NCBI GenBank assembly: GCA_964016885.1
Contig: OZ024742.1
Span: forward strand, 296,298,001 to 296,362,000
Source of the DNA: Eledone cirrhosa
Lineage: Eukaryota
Direction: 5' to 3'
Length of the DNA stretch: 64,000 bases
Positions 1 to 14,204 of the stretch are shown here, piece after piece. A program made the translations under genes and the position numbers. Numbering within the stretch: the stretch's first letter is position 1; each line of letters starts with the position of its first letter. The notes beneath the pieces were generated by a model. The model searched no databases and was not told the DNA's origin. It was given only the letters and a program-made list of their open reading frames with translations.

Positions 1-1200
1 TTATTTGCGTCACAGAGTTCCAGAATTCTGAAGCCTTCCTCATTTCTGGTACCAAACCCGTACCCTCCATGGATTCCGCCATAGCTGTCACAATGTTGTC
101 CAACATCACCATTTAGGTTGTCAGCAATAATTAAGTAGTCACTGTCGGTTAGTTGGGAGGTAGTGAGCATTAGCGACTTATAACACCAGGCAGTCCAGAT
201 TGGGGTGCGTAAGCGGATATTATTGTCACAATAGTTCTATTTAGGACAAGTCTTATTTTGATTACTCTGACGTTCACTCTATTTACGTCAATTACCTTAT
301 CTACCCATTTTTCTGCTAACATAATTCCTCCTCCACCCAGCCCATTTTCATTTCCTACCCAGAAAAGTATATAGCATCGTTTTTTACCCACAATGAATTT
401 AGCAGACCCACCCCTCCACCTAGTCTCTTGGACGCAACAAGCATCAACTTCCTTACGTTCAAGCATCTCTACAACCTTGTTAGAGCGACCTTTTAAAGTA
501 CCTACATTCATGGTACCAACTCTGAAGTTTTTTATTTCGTTTGGTGGGTGGAAGAGATGGGTTTAAGGTGTAGGGAGGGGGGAGGGAGATGGGGTTATGT
601 TTGCCATCCGTGTCAGAAATAAAGAGGAATCCTTGCATTTTCGTCCGGCCACATGAGGTGAATTTATCTTTATCTTTGACATTGTCATTTGAGTGTCCAG
701 ATTCTTCGTTCTCTCCAGAATCCCACAGTCCATCTAGCATATCAAAGGCAACCAGGTTTAAACTTAAGGAGTGAATAGCCGAGGCGGTGGTTTTGTGTAA
801 GAGATTGGTAAGAGAGATGTATAAGCCGCTGAATTATGATTGGACCATCTAATAATGGTGGCGAGTGCAGGAGGGGGGAGGGATATGGGTAAGTTAACTA
901 GAAGGTTATTTGTTTAATCTAAACCTATAAATGGACGTATAACAGTAATCAGTGTTTAAATACGAGAAGGTTATTAAACGAACGTTTAGCAGTAATCAGA
1001 GTTTAAATACAAGAACATTGTTTTTGAGGGTCTGACAGAATTAGCGAATAAAATTGAAAGCTTGGATTCTAAGTAAATGAACCGTGTAAAAACAGAAAGA
1101 CAAGAAAATGGCGTAAATACAATTACATTTCTCAAACGTCCCTTCGGCATGGATGAAGATTCGAAGAATTCTGAAATTTTTTACGACCGACAGGTTCATT
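1..1200 (-). mobile_element. RTE-clade LINE, 5' portion (putative 5' UTR + APE endonuclease), runs off the left edge
   Basis: ORF 170..511 has APE motifs (TMNVGTL, CCVQETRW, ISAYAPQ). The 5' boundary is approximate and placed at the (TA)n near 1203. Confidence 0.8.
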
Positions 1201-1222
1201 TTATACACATATATATATATAT

Positions 1223-3378
1223 ATCATCATCATCATCATCATCGTTTAACGTCCATGTTCCACGCTTGCATGGGTTTGGACGGGAGTTTTCCCACTTGAG
1301 GCAAGAGTGGTTGTCTTGCTCGCATAGGACTGTCTGGCGGGTTTTCTACAGCTGGATTCCCTTCCTAACACCAACCACATTTACAGTGTGGGGCTGGGAG
1401 GTTTTTACCGTGTTGCCTACACGGCCACATTACAGCGTGGACTGTGTGTTTTTTTGTCGTGACACCTACACGATCTCATTTGTTTCGGCCTGGATGTTGC
1501 GGCACCAACATAACTTTACATTGAAAGGGGCGGTGTGGATGGGGTGGGGTGGGGGTGTATTTTGTTAGAGGTGCCTACTGACTGTAGTAGGTTTTACTTT
1601 GTATTTAGGTAAGGCGGGTCTTCTCTATTACTGAGTACCGCCAAAGATCTCGGTCCAGTGATATTGTCTTGGAGAGGTGTAAGTGTGTGAGGTCGGAATT
1701 TATCAGGTCGTCCCAGGTTTTTCTGGGTCTGCCTACTCCGTGGCTACCGTCTATCTTTATTGCCCTGCACTTTGTTATACAGCTGTACGTCTTTCATGCG
1801 CATCACGTGACCATACCAACGTAGCCTTCTCTCGAGTAAAAAACATCTGATCCCTCTTATTTCTAATTTTTTCCTTAGTTCGTTTATGCTTTGCCGTTCA
1901 CGTATATTACTATTACACATCCAGCGGAACATGCAAGCTTCGTTCCTCTCTAGTCTGCGTATATCCTTTGCACACAATGCCCAGGTCTCACTGCCATGCA
2001 ACATTGCTGTTCGTATGCAGGCATCATACAACCTGCCTTTCATTTTTAGGGAGAACCCTTTAGCGGCTAATAGTGGTATAAGCTCTCTGAACTTTTTTCC
2101 ATCCAGTTCTGACTCTAGCTACTGTACTTTCGGAGCACCCTCCCCCACTGCTGATTTTGTCACCCAGGAAACGGAAGCTGTCCACTATTTCTATAGAACC
2201 CTCTGCGCAATTGAAAGAGCTAGTATTTTGTGGGCACTTGCTGCTACTTATTGCACCAGAGCACCGGCCACATGTAAAATCTATGTTCTTAGTTAGCTTA
2301 CCTGTGATCCCACTACATCTTTTATGCACCCATACTTTGCATTTGGGACATAAAATGGAGTTTCTACCTACGCCTTTCCTACACACTGAGCATGGCCATT
2401 TCCCGGAAGGGACCAGCGCCTTATTTTCTTTCCTACAAACGAGAACTTTAGTCTTAGTCAAGATAATTTTAAGGCCTTTTGATTTTAAGGCCTTTTGATT
2501 CCATGTTTGGGTTTCTTTCTAGCTCCGCCATTGATTCAGCTATGAGCGTTAGATCATCTGCGTATAGGAGTTCCCATGGGCAGCCGGTCTTGAACTCCAC
2601 TGTTATAGCCTGAAGGGCAATAATAAATAGTAGGGGGCTAAGAACAGAGCCCTGATGAACACCAAATTTTACGCTAAACTCTTCACTATATTCGTTGTTA
2701 ATTCTAACCTTGCTGACTGTTTCTTTATACATGGCTTGTATAGCTCTCACAAGCAATTGGTCAACACCTAGTTTTCTAAGAGCCCACCAGATAATGGAAC
2801 GGGGGACTCTGTCGAAGGCTTTCTCCAAGTCGACAAAAGCTAAGTATAGGTGTTTACTTTTAGCTAGGTACTTCACCTGTAGTTGTCGTACAATGAAAGA
2901 GCGTCTGTGGTACTTTTGCCTGACACAAACCCGAACTGCATTTCATCAAGATCAATTCTCTCTCTGATTAGTTGCGCTATTACTTTTTCCGTGACCTTCA
3001 TGACCTGGTCGATTAATTTAATGCCTCTATAGTTACTCCTATCTAGGGCATCTCCTTTACCCTTGTAACAGTTAATGATGATGCTGCTACGCCAGTCCTT
3101 CGGAACAACCCCATTCTGTATGACTTGGTTTACTATCCGGGTGACCATGGTGTGTCCCACCGTTCCAGAGGCTTTCCCGTCTTCATATCTTTGATTGCCT
3201 TACTTATTATACTACCTTCGACTAACACTGCTGGTCCCTCTATTGGGTCGATGTGGGGGATACTGTCTTTCTCCCATTTATTCTCCTCATTTAGTAGCCT
3301 TTCGTAGTGACACTTCCAAGCTACCTTCTTATCAGCATCAGTGATGGCAAGTACGCCATCATCATTAAGTACACACAC
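1223..3378 (-). mobile_element. RTE-clade LINE, 5'-truncated and frameshifted (RT + PHD finger + 3' UTR + (GAT)n tail)
   Basis: ORF pieces carry [49 protein letters not shown] and RRLRWYGHV. (CAT)n tail at about 1223-1242. Very similar to 55740-57785. Confidence 0.95.
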
Positions 3379-3393
3379 ATATATATATATATA

Positions 3394-3465
3394 TCATCAT
3401 CATCATCTTCATCATCATCATCTTCGTTTAACGTCCATTTTCCACGCTAGCATGGGTTAGACGGT
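3394..3465 (-). mobile_element. Very short RTE 3'-tail fragment
   Basis: (CAT)n + cgtttaacgtccattttccacgctagcatgggttagacgg matches the 3' end of the RTE at 38260-38318. Confidence 0.7.
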
Positions 3466-3617
3466 CTATATATCTATATATATATATGTGTATATATATA
3501 TATATATGTATATATATTGAAATTGGGAAAGCTATAAAATATGTAAACAAAAAATAAACATATTTAATTAATTTTTTTTTTATCAGTGTTTATAAATGTA
3601 AAACATACTAAATTAGT

Positions 3618-4450
3618 TATCATCATCATCATCGTCATCATCATTATCAACACCACCATCAACATCATCATCATCATCAAAACCACCATTGTTGTTGACA
3701 TCATCCCCATCATCATCCCACCATTATCATCATCATCATCATGATCATCATCATCATCATCAACACCACCATCATTGTTGTTGACACCATAATCATCACC
3801 ACCACACCATCATCATCACCACCACCACCACCACCACAACAACAACCACCACCTCCTCACCACAACCAACACCAACATCATCATTATCATCATCATCATC
3901 ATTACCACCACCACCACAACAACAACAACAACATCCACCACAACAACAACCACCATCACCCCATCACGACCACCACCATCATCATCATCATCAACACCAC
4001 CATCATTGTTGTCGACACCATCACCACCACCACCATCATCACCACCACCACCACCACCACCACCATCATCATCACCCACAACAACCACCACCCCATCACT
4101 ACCACCACCACCACAATAACAACAACCACCACCCCCACAACAACCACCAACATCACTATCACCATCACTATCATCATCATCATCATTACCACCACCACCA
4201 CAACAACAACAACATCCACCACAACAACAACCACCATCACCCCATCACGACCACCACCATCATCATCATCATCAACACCACCATCGTTGTTGTCGACACC
4301 ATCACCACCACCACCATCATCACCACCACCACCATCATCATCACCCACGACAACCACCACCCCATCACTACCACCACCACCACCACAATAACAACAACCA
4401 CCACCACCACAACCACCACCAACATCACCATCACCATCATCACTACCACC

Positions 4451-4482
<32 letters not shown>

Positions 4483-4575
4483 CACCACCACCACCACCAC
4501 CACAACAACAACCCCATCACCACAACCAACATCATCATCATCATCATTATCATCATCAACATCATTACTTCCATC
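3618..4575. repeat. Compound (CAT/CAC/CAA)n microsatellite with higher-order duplication
   Basis: Trinucleotide array; the block ccccatcacgaccaccacc...gttgtcgacacc recurs about 280 bp apart. Confidence 0.9.
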
Positions 4576-4896
4576 ATTTTTAACATCCGTTTCTTTATAA
4601 ATTCAAACAAAATACTGCGAGGGAAATATTCCCAGACTTACGTTCTTTCAACTTTCTATTATGAGGAATAAAATAAATTTTTCAAAAAAATTTATGTGAA
4701 TGGCATTTAAGATTTTTTTTTTCGTTATTACTTAAAATATTTTAAACTCAATAAATTGGTTACGGTAGAAATGAAATGAAAAAAATTTCCTGATATATTT
4801 TTGAAACATTAGCTTCTTACTGAAGAGGAAAGGACAAAGAAAAGTAGAGTTTGGATAATATTTATACCATTGTTTTTATTATTATCATTATTTATA

Positions 4897-5312
4897 TGGC
4901 GGTGGATTGGCAGTATCGGTAGAGGGTCGGACGCCATGCTTTGCAGCACAGTTACGTCCCTTTACGGACTGAGTTCAAATCCCGCCGAGGTTAACTTTGC
5001 CTTTCATCCTTACGGGGTCGATAAAATAAAGTACCAGTTATACACTGGGTAATTGCTGGCCTTGTGCCAAAAGTAGAAACAATTATTTATTTATTTAGGG
5101 CAGTGGATTGACATTATTGGTAGATCATTGGGCACCATGCTTTGCAGCATAGAGTTACACCCCTTTACGATCTGAGTTCAAATCCCGCCGAGGTTAACTT
5201 TGCCTTTCATCCTTACGGGGTCGATAAAATAAAGCACCAGTAATGTACTGGGGTCGATTTAATCGACTTCCCCCTCCCCCAAATTCCTGGCCTAGTGCCT
5301 ATATAAGAAATC
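4897..5312 (+). mobile_element. Two tandem tRNA-derived SINEs (Meta/MESC-like central domain)
   Basis: A-box-like tggcagtatcggtaga, B-box gagttcaaatcc, then ctttgcctttcatccttacggggtcgataaaataaagtaccag. Two copies (about 4897-5080 and 5098-5312). The domain name comes from recall. Confidence 0.75.
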
Positions 5313-5827
5313 ATTATTATTTATTTATCTATCTATCTATTTATTCAATTTAAACGTCCGTATAGAGCTAGTAAGCCATGACTGACTAAGGGAAGGATTA
5401 AGTACTCTTTACATTTGGTAATCAAAAAGAGATAGTGAGGCAAGTAATAAAAAAAAATTAAAAAAAAGGGAAAAAATAAATAAATAAAATTAAATCAAAA
5501 TTTCAAATATTGAAGGCCAATGGAAGGCAGATTATGCATTATTTTACTATTTTACTGGTTTCTATCTCTCCCCTTCCCTCCTCACTCACTATGCTTTTAA
5601 ACCCCACCACTCCATGACACTTGCCATGCATCCATGTCATACTTATCACCCTCCTCCTTCCTCCTGTGTATTTGACTTTAAACTGGATACAGTCCCAGGA
5701 CTTAGAGTCGGGACGCCTCAAATATTGAGAAGAATATAGTTACCTCTTAGCTGGGTTACTCCCAGGTTTATTTTGACCTAGAATAGAAGAACATACAAGG
5801 ATGGCACAGGATACTCCACCACTTTAA

Positions 5828-6048
5828 CCCTTTAGCATTTAAACTGGCCGTATCCAGCCAGAATTTTCTCACATCTTTCTGTCCAAACTGGCCATAACTG
5901 ACCCCTCATACCAAATTTAAGGTATTGTTCTCAAAATAAATATCATCAAAATCTCATAGATTCGATATTATGTGAGATAATTATGTGAGGTAAAGCCTTT
6001 ACTATGAAAATACAATAGTAAATATAGAGTAATGTAAATGCTAAAGGG
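5828..6048. mobile_element. piggyBac-type MITE
   Basis: TTAA|CCCTTTAGCATTTA ... TAAATGCTAAAGGG|TTAA: terminal inverted repeats with TTAA target-site duplication. Confidence 0.85.
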
Positions 6049-8479
6049 TTAAATCCTGGTACCATCATCGTAACTACCATCAACAGCCCCATTATCATCA
6101 CCACTACCACCAAACTAGAAAGTGATGGGTTTTATCAGAGTTAATATGCTCAAGACATGCTGTGTATCAGGATGGTGCCCCTAAGACTCCATTGAGAACT
6201 TAAGGCTCTTTATCCTTTTTATTTTATATATATTTTGAATGATTACATGTATAATAATTAAAGTAAATATGGACATGGAAATATTGACTAATCAATATTA
6301 AATGAACAATATACTTATGGTTGATAACTGTATTTACTGATTGGAGATTCAGCAGGAGTTATTAGAAATATTGAAATAGGATTTTTCTTAAATAGGCATG
6401 GTTGTGTGGTGAAGAAATTTGCATCACAGTTATGTGGTTTACATAACTCAATTCAGACTTACTCTGTCGCAGCTTCACCTTAGACATTAGCTTTGAGCTG
6501 ACCAGTGCTTTGTGAGTGAATTTGGTAGGCAGAAAATGCAAAGAAACTATTTAAATGCTTACACAGGTACAAACACTCATATACATATGTATATGTGTGT
6601 ATGAGTGTCTATCTCTGCCTCTTCAACTTGACACCATTTATAAAATCAGAAGTGACATTCATTCAGGTCCTATAGCTAAATGGTTTGACAAAAATGTGTA
6701 GTATCTACCATAATTAAATATAAAGTATAGGTTTCAATCAGGAAGGGCATTCATCTAAAGAAAAAACAGTTTCATCCAACCATATGGAAAAAAGGACATA
6801 AAATTGATGATGATTCTGATGATGATGGAACTGAAAATCTTTGTTGTGTGTATTCTGGCTTTTAGCATAAGTACACCATGTCTCTGCATGTTGTAAGTGG
6901 AAGCAGAAAGGGCATCTGGCCATAAAACACTTCTTGAAAAAATCCCACCCAACCCATGTCTACATGAAAAAGTAAAAATCTGAATTGAATAAAAAAAAAT
7001 AAAGCAGGGAGATTTACCAATTCCTCTTGAAAAGAAATCAATAAATTGAAAATAATCTTTTATATATTTGTTTCTGAATTTTCCACCAAATCATTGATAT
7101 AGTGACGTTAGTTTTCTCTATTGAGTCAAAATTTATCTTTTATTTTTTAGTGGATTTATCAATATATGGCTCATTTCCAACTAAATAGAAAACAGGACTT
7201 CCAAATATAGAGGGCTATTCCTCAAAATACAGCTGGATTTTGGATCATGTCCAAATAAAAAAACTTTTATTTTGTTGGCATAGAAAACTTACTATTCTTA
7301 ATCCACATCCAAAATATATCCTATTTTTTGCTTCTACTTTTCGTTTGTTATTTGGGAGCATATTTAGAATCTTGGTACTCAGAAATATTAAACTGAACCG
7401 ATATACATTTCTGTGCTCTGTTGATAAGTTGGTACAAGACCATGGGTTGATCTAAGCCTTATTATGAGTGAAATTGGGTATGTGAGAGTTGTATAAAAAA
7501 ATGTTAAGCACTTAAAGTGGGTAGAACTTGTGGAAGATGGAGACTAAGGAGGACATGTGATGAAGTTGTGAGGAATGGTAGTGATGGTTTTAGTGATATT
7601 GGCAGTAATGGCAATGAGGATGATGATGGTGATGATGATGATGATGATGATGATGAAGATGAGAATGAGGATAATGGTGGTGGTGATGATGAGGATGAGA
7701 ATGATGATGATGATGATGAGGTGGAGGGGAAGGGGAAGAAGAGGAGGGAGTGGAGGAAGAGGGGGATTCTGTTTCCTCAGACATAATTGTTTGAATTAGA
7801 ATTTATAAATATGTTTCAAACATTGGATACATATTCTAACTTGTACTGCTATCTGCAAAAACAGTTATTCATTATTAATAGGAACATCAGTATTATCCTC
7901 TAAATAATTAACATATTTTTGACAGTCTAGCAAGCATACAGTAGTACACCTCCATGGTTCTATATCATTGAGAGCCAATCAAAACCTGGCACAGTTGCTG
8001 GAGTAAAACATCCAATTAACCTGATCTTGTCTCATTGTAATGGTTTCACATTCAGACACATGAGGATGCAGTGTGGCTGAATGGTTAAGAAGTTTGCTTC
8101 ATAATAATTAGGGCTGGGGTTCAATACTACTGCATGGTATTTTGGGGCAAGTATCATTAACTTGGGTTGACTCAATCATTGTGAGTTTACTTGGATAGCC
8201 TATCAGAAGGACTACACATGTGGTTCAAATTGCTGGCCTTGTCACACATTGTGGAGTGTTGAATCTCTAAGAAAATTATGTTAAGAGTAAATATTTCAGT
8301 TGAATACTCAGCTGCTTGTATGTTAATCTCATGACCAGGCTGTTTGTTGATGGATAACTGAGACCACTCTTGTTGAAACTGAAAGAGGTGCAGTTATTCC
8401 AATTTAGGCATGAGGTCAGCAATTTTGGGGAATATAATGTAAAGAAATTTTGTGTTAATTTTCAACCTGGTGAATTGAA

Positions 8480-8781
8480 TGACTATGCATGGATAAGTTG
8501 AGAGAGAAACTGTGTATAAGAGGAATAAGCTGTAGTATGCGGGAAAGAAGACCATGTTGGTATGGCCATGTGATGCACATGGACGATGACCACTGGGTAA
8601 AGAAGTACCAAGTAATCCCAGTGGAAGGAAGATGCAGTAGAGGAAGACAATGGAAAACATGGGCGGAGGTGGTGAGAGCTGACCTCAGATTGCTGAAGCT
8701 CACAGAGATGAAGGACCATGACGAATGGAGAGATGCTGTGCTGAAAAGTAGACATAAAATGCAGGGAAAAGCAGACATAAA

Positions 8782-8815
<34 letters not shown>
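8480..8815 (+). mobile_element. RTE-related 3' fragment with (GAT)n tail
   Basis: LREKL..RGI..RERR.CWYGHVMHM..VEG..RGR..KTW, followed by (TGA)n. Confidence 0.8.
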
Positions 8816-8818
<3 letters not shown>

Positions 8819-8824
8819 ACAGTA

Positions 8825-10169
8825 TCTATACTATAAAGCTGACGGCCGTATGTAGGTAAGAAACTTTCCGCCAAACGGCTGGACCAAACAGCACCAAATT
8901 TGCAACATAGATGTAACTTTTTCCAAGTAAAAAAGTGAGGGTATTTTTGTCTACTGAATTTTGTTAAAAGATTAAAGACATTATTTAAATATTCACTTCT
9001 TTAAAATTTCAAATGTCAACACTTCTGGTTATACGTCATTCCTCACTTTTTCTTATGACGTCGCACAACGTCTTTTTAGATAGATACATAGCTGGCTGTC
9101 TGCATTAGATAATGTTTTTCAAAATATTTACTTCTGTGTTCACAGACGGATTTTTTTAGTTTCAAAAGATCCCGTTAAGGGTGAAAGCAGCGATTTTTTG
9201 CTTAAACTTTAATCTGTTATTTTAATATATATATATTCATGTACAGATATTTTTGCATACACAAAAACAAAAACATATTTATTTCACGAAAGCACAGACG
9301 GCTTATTGTCATTGTTACTGTTCAAGGTTAGAGAACCACAGTCTTTCCAAGATCTGAGAACCATCAATGGCCATCAGTGTTCCACTTTGGCTTGCCAGAT
9401 GCATGGTATATTACACAATGACAATCATTGGCACCTCACCCTGCAAGAAGCAGCAACTGCTAAAGTCCCTTCTCAGCTGCGAAAACTTTTTGCTATTATG
9501 CTGCACAACTGCGATCTCGCCGACCCTCTCACACTATGGAACAACCACCGTGAAAGTCTAGCTGAGGACATCCGCACAATCCAAACGTAACATACGATGT
9601 CGTTTTCAATGAGGCACTCATTTGTCTTGCACCAGTGTCCTGGAGATTGGTGGTAGGCTTCTAAGTCACTATAGCTTACCAGCTCTTGACAGGAGTGTCC
9701 AGAGGTCAACGTCTGCAGACCTTCTCCGCGAGACGAGCTACAAAATCAGTGATTCTCCCATGGTCAATTGTATGTAGGATGCTCTAGGGTGAGCTCGCCA
9801 AACAATCTCTTCATCTTTGCTCCAGAGGGCCGAACAAAAAATATTGTATACTCTGAGGCTCTAACAATGTAATTTAAATATTTTCTGTTACTTGGAATTT
9901 CCATTATGGTTGTACAAATTATTGTTTGTTAAAAAATTTCTTCTCTGTTCAACCTTTATTGTTGTAACTATCAATTTTCTTTAATGTACTGGCTGCTGAA
10001 CTGGGGAATCCCAAAAACTATTCAAACCCCAAATCAGAGCACGTAAACCCCCCCCCCCCCCACTGACTTGAAAGGGCGTGCGGTATCTTTGCACTGGAGT
10101 GTAGGGGTATTCCTGAAAAGATAAAATGCCGGTATACCTAGCTGGGCGCCAGCCAGATGGGCGAGCTAG
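8825..10169 (+). mobile_element. Internally deleted Helitron with RepHel remnants
   Basis: 5' A|TCTATACTATAAAG and 3' GC-rich subterminal region + CTAG|T. 9306..9590 reads SFQDLRTING..W..TLQEA..QLRKLFAIML. About 9755-9872 reads SHGQLYVGCSRV..TKNIVYSEAL (Pif1-type helicase C-terminus). Confidence 0.92.
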
Positions 10170-11047
10170 TAAAACATAAAATCAGGATGTCTTGTCATAT
10201 TGACTCTGCCTCTCTATGCCCTGAGTTCAAATCTTGCTGAAGTCAACATTGCCTTTCATCATTTTCATCATCATCGTTATAATCATTTAATGTCCATTCT
10301 TCCATGCTGTCCAACCACTTTACTGAGTGTAGTGGGTGCATCTTATTGTGGCATCAGCACTAGGGTGATTGCCTCAAGAGTCATTTTGGGGCTGATAAAA
10401 TAAAGTACCAGTAGAAGGCAGTGGATTGACAGAATATTTACAGAGTGGGACGAGATGCTTTGCAGTATTTGTTGTGGCTCTTTATATTCTGAGTTCAAAT
10501 CTCACTGTTGCCTACTTGAGTGGTAGACACGATACTTTGCCTGGTTTAATACAACCATCATGTAGGCTCTGATGTATTGGTCTAGGAACAAAAGTGCCAA
10601 AGAGGGGCCCACTGTTTATATCAGAGGTATCTGACCTGATCATGACAATTTTTATAATGAAATAAACTCTATTTTAATAAATTAATGAAGAATTTTGAGA
10701 GATTTCCAGAAATTATTAATTATTTTATGACTAAAATAGTAACTTAACATATGATTCTTATATAAAATTATGTTGGAAGATTTTAATTTAAAAACGAACC
10801 CTATAAAACAGATAGTTTTGTTTTATAGAACAAAGACCAGTCCTGGTCAGGCTGGAATCAAAGAGGTTAGAGATTCTCACCACCCATGGATTAACTGCTT
10901 AAGTTGGGATCACACATAGTAAAATATCTGATGTGTCAATTAATATGATTTTCACAACTTGAATTATATAATTATATATTTAATTTACTTAGTAATTAGT
11001 TCTGGGGTGGGATGAAAATTGTAATTAAAGAATAAACATTAATAATT

Positions 11048-11097
11048 ATCCTCCTCCTCCTCCTCTGCCACCGCTGTCACCACCACCACACTACTAT

Positions 11098-11132
<35 letters not shown>

Positions 11133-11410
11133 TTACTACTACTACTACTACTACTTTCTTCTTATTCTTCTTATTCTCCTCCCCTCTCCTTTTCATCATC
11201 ATTGTCCCTACCATTGTCATCATCATCACCACCATCATCATCATCATTAACAGTAGCAGCCCAACCAGCACCACCAAAACCACCATGATGATGATGATCA
11301 TCATCATCATCACCACCACCACTGTCATCATCATCATCAATAACAACAACAACTGCAGCCTTCTGTATCTGAATGAGAAAAACACAGCAACAACAACAAC
11401 TACAACGAAA
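11048..11410. repeat. Mixed trinucleotide microsatellites (CCT, TAC, CAT, AAC)
   Basis: Direct reading. Confidence 0.85.
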
Positions 11411-11829
11411 CCAACCATGTTTGTAATTCCCTCAATGCAACATGACACAATTTATAACGAAAAACGAATTTATTAGTTCTAAGTTTACTTGCAATTATTC
11501 AATGATTTATTGATTATTTCTTTGAAATATTTCTGTTTATTGATTTCTCCATTTTTATATATATTTTATTTTGTTCCTTGTTTTGTTTCAATTTTTCTAT
11601 ATTAATATCACTAATTTCTATAACTCATTGTCTATAAATGTAAAATTGGCCGCTTTTGGCCTTTTTTCTTTTTCTTCTGCAGCATTATTAATGCCAAGTG
11701 GTGATATTTGATATACTATCACATTGTAATGGGCGCAGAGATGGCTGAATGGTTAAGAAGTTCAATTAGGTCGTCCCATGTTCAATCCCATTTCATAGCA
11801 TATTAGGCAAGAACCTTCATCATAGTCTA

Positions 11830-12290
11830 AGGAGCCTTGACACAATTGGCTTCCCATCACAACTGGAGCCAGTAGGCATCGACCATGGTTATGGCAAGCA
11901 CCCCAATGGAATTACCTTCTTCACTTTTGATGGAGGTAAATACCTCATCTGGAATGCAACATGCTGGGACACATTCTGAGCCTACAACTTAGTCACCTCG
12001 GTCACAAACCCTGGTACCATGGCTTACCATGAAGGGTGCAGGAAGCCAAGCATATACTGGAGCTTGTCTGGCCACTTCCTTTTTGCACTATGTCACTGTC
12101 AAGACCTCAGGCATCCTTGGACCCCAGACAGTTGACCTCCGCCATAAAATCAGATCGATAGCAGCCCATATGAGGAAGGAGCCCTGTGAGGCAGGGTGGC
12201 TGTTGCAGTGTGTATTACTGGCCATTGTTCATGGAAATGCCTTTGCCATTTTGTCAGCGGAGCATAGCCGAAACACCACTCTGACATAGG
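11830..12290 (+). mobile_element. Degraded CRE-like non-LTR retrotransposon 3' end (restriction-like endonuclease)
   Basis: Remnants of DG..P.G, LIW.ATC.DT, VKTSGILGP and WLLQ...LAIVHGNAFAIL; homologous to 46520-46930. Confidence 0.65.
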
Positions 12291-13289
12291 TGTAGAGTTT
12301 GTTACCCTCTTCTCTACCCTCTTTCTTTCTTCCTTTGTTCTAGTAGTCCTTGCTCTTCCCCTCATTTTCTTCTCATTTTCAATGCTGCTTTTTTTTTCTG
12401 TATGCTTAACCAAAAAGAAAAAAAATATTGTTCATTTGTCTCCCGTTCTGAATGAAATCAGATAAAAGGAAACTACTGAAGCATGTCAAATTGTTTGTAT
12501 CTGTAAATAAATCATCCAGCCATGTGACATACTGTGTCATGTTGATTCAGCTTGGGAATTATTTTAAGGGTACACACATCTGGGGAATGCTGAGACACTT
12601 GCATGATAATTTTATGAGTAGTCTGTTCCAGTGATTGAACAACTGGAACACTGATCATCAAAAACACTAAAGGCATATTTCATTCCAATCTCATGTCTGC
12701 CCAAGCCTTGTAAATGAAATAGGGTAGACAGAAACTGTGTGGAAGCCCCCATCAGATGGAGTGTAGCTGTAATTCAAAGGTTGAGTCATATGTCATGCTG
12801 ATTTGGCTTATGGATTAAATTAAGAGTTCACATGTTTCTGGAATACTCAATTGCTGATATGCTAATTCAGGAGCTTGACATCCAGTTAATCAAACAATTG
12901 GATGCTTATCAAAGAAATTGATGGAGAATCAATCATTACATTGTTATTGATGAAGTAGCAAATGTAATTAGCGGGTCAGTATCAATTCCCAAATAGATAT
13001 AGTTATGCCTGAATGGTTAAAGTGTTTACTCTGCAGTCATGAGTTCCCGAGTTTGATTCTGTGCCATTGCATCTAGGGAAAATGTCTTTTACCATAGCCT
13101 TGAGTCAACCTAATCCATGTAAACAAGTCAGACAAGAGTTGGGGTTTGAGTGACCCTTTGATGTATCAGTTAGCCTATACTGTCTGACACAACTACTATC
13201 ACCAAGAGGACGACTACTCGCTTGAAGATTTAATTCTTTTATTTTGTTTTGTTACTTGTAGGAACATTATGTACTCTGTATACACATGT

Positions 13290-13590
13290 ATATCATCATC
13301 ATCATCATCGTCATCACCACCACCACCACCACCACCACCACCACCACCATCATCATCGGTTTTATGTCCACTTTTCCATGCTTTCATGGGTTGGCTGGAT
13401 CTTTCTCAGCATGGCATCTCTCCACACAATGTGATCCTTTGTCATCACCTCTGTGAGTTTCAGTGATTTAAGGTCAGCTCTTGCAACATCTGCCCAAGTC
13501 TTTCTTGGTCTACCTCTACCACGACTTCCTTCCACTAGCATTTCCTGGTACTTCTTCACCCAAACATCATTGTGCATGCACATCACACAT
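13290..13590 (-). mobile_element. RTE-related 3' fragment with microsatellite tail
   Basis: WVKK...VEGSRGRGRPRKTW. Confidence 0.8.
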
Positions 13591-14204
13591 ATGCCAGTAA
13601 TTCATACATATATCATATATTTATTTATCATCAATTACTAAGTTTCTTAATGTGATTTATGAAATGGTGGCTTATATTTCACAGTGGTGCTTTATGAATA
13701 GAATTCGGTAGGCAAAATCGGTGCAGAAACCTATCAAATAATTTGTATCTGTAATTCAAATGTTCAGCTTTGTTACACAATGTGTCATGCTACCTCTGCT
13801 TAAGATTATGTTAATGTTATACATGTCTGGAATACTCAGTCACTTATACATTAATTCAACCAGTAGTTAGCACAATTGATTGAATATACTCATTATCAAA
13901 ACAAATGGCGATCCATATACTTTTATGAATTCTAGTTGTTGTTATTATTTGAACAGAATAGCAGAGTATATTGACAGTACCATTAGAGTGTGGGTATTTG
14001 TTCTGGCTCTTTACTTTCTGGGTTATAATCCTGCTGATTTGTATTTCATCCTTCCAGAATTGATAAAATAAAGTAATAGTCAAATACTAGATTGATATAA
14101 TTTAATTTTTTCTTCCCTCAAATTGCTGGCCTTGTGTCTAAATTAGAAAAGAACAAAATGTTCCACACCCTAAAACTAGTGACATAGTTTTATTTCTGAG
14201 ATGA

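Noticed and set aside
780-1200. HDV-like ribozyme in the RTE 5' UTR
   Set aside because: Could not identify the nested double pseudoknot by eye
3741-4503. Long His/Thr/Pro/Val-rich ORFs
   Set aside because: Translation artefacts of trinucleotide microsatellites
4897-5000. tRNA gene
   Set aside because: A/B boxes are present but there is no cloverleaf; it is the head of a multi-copy SINE
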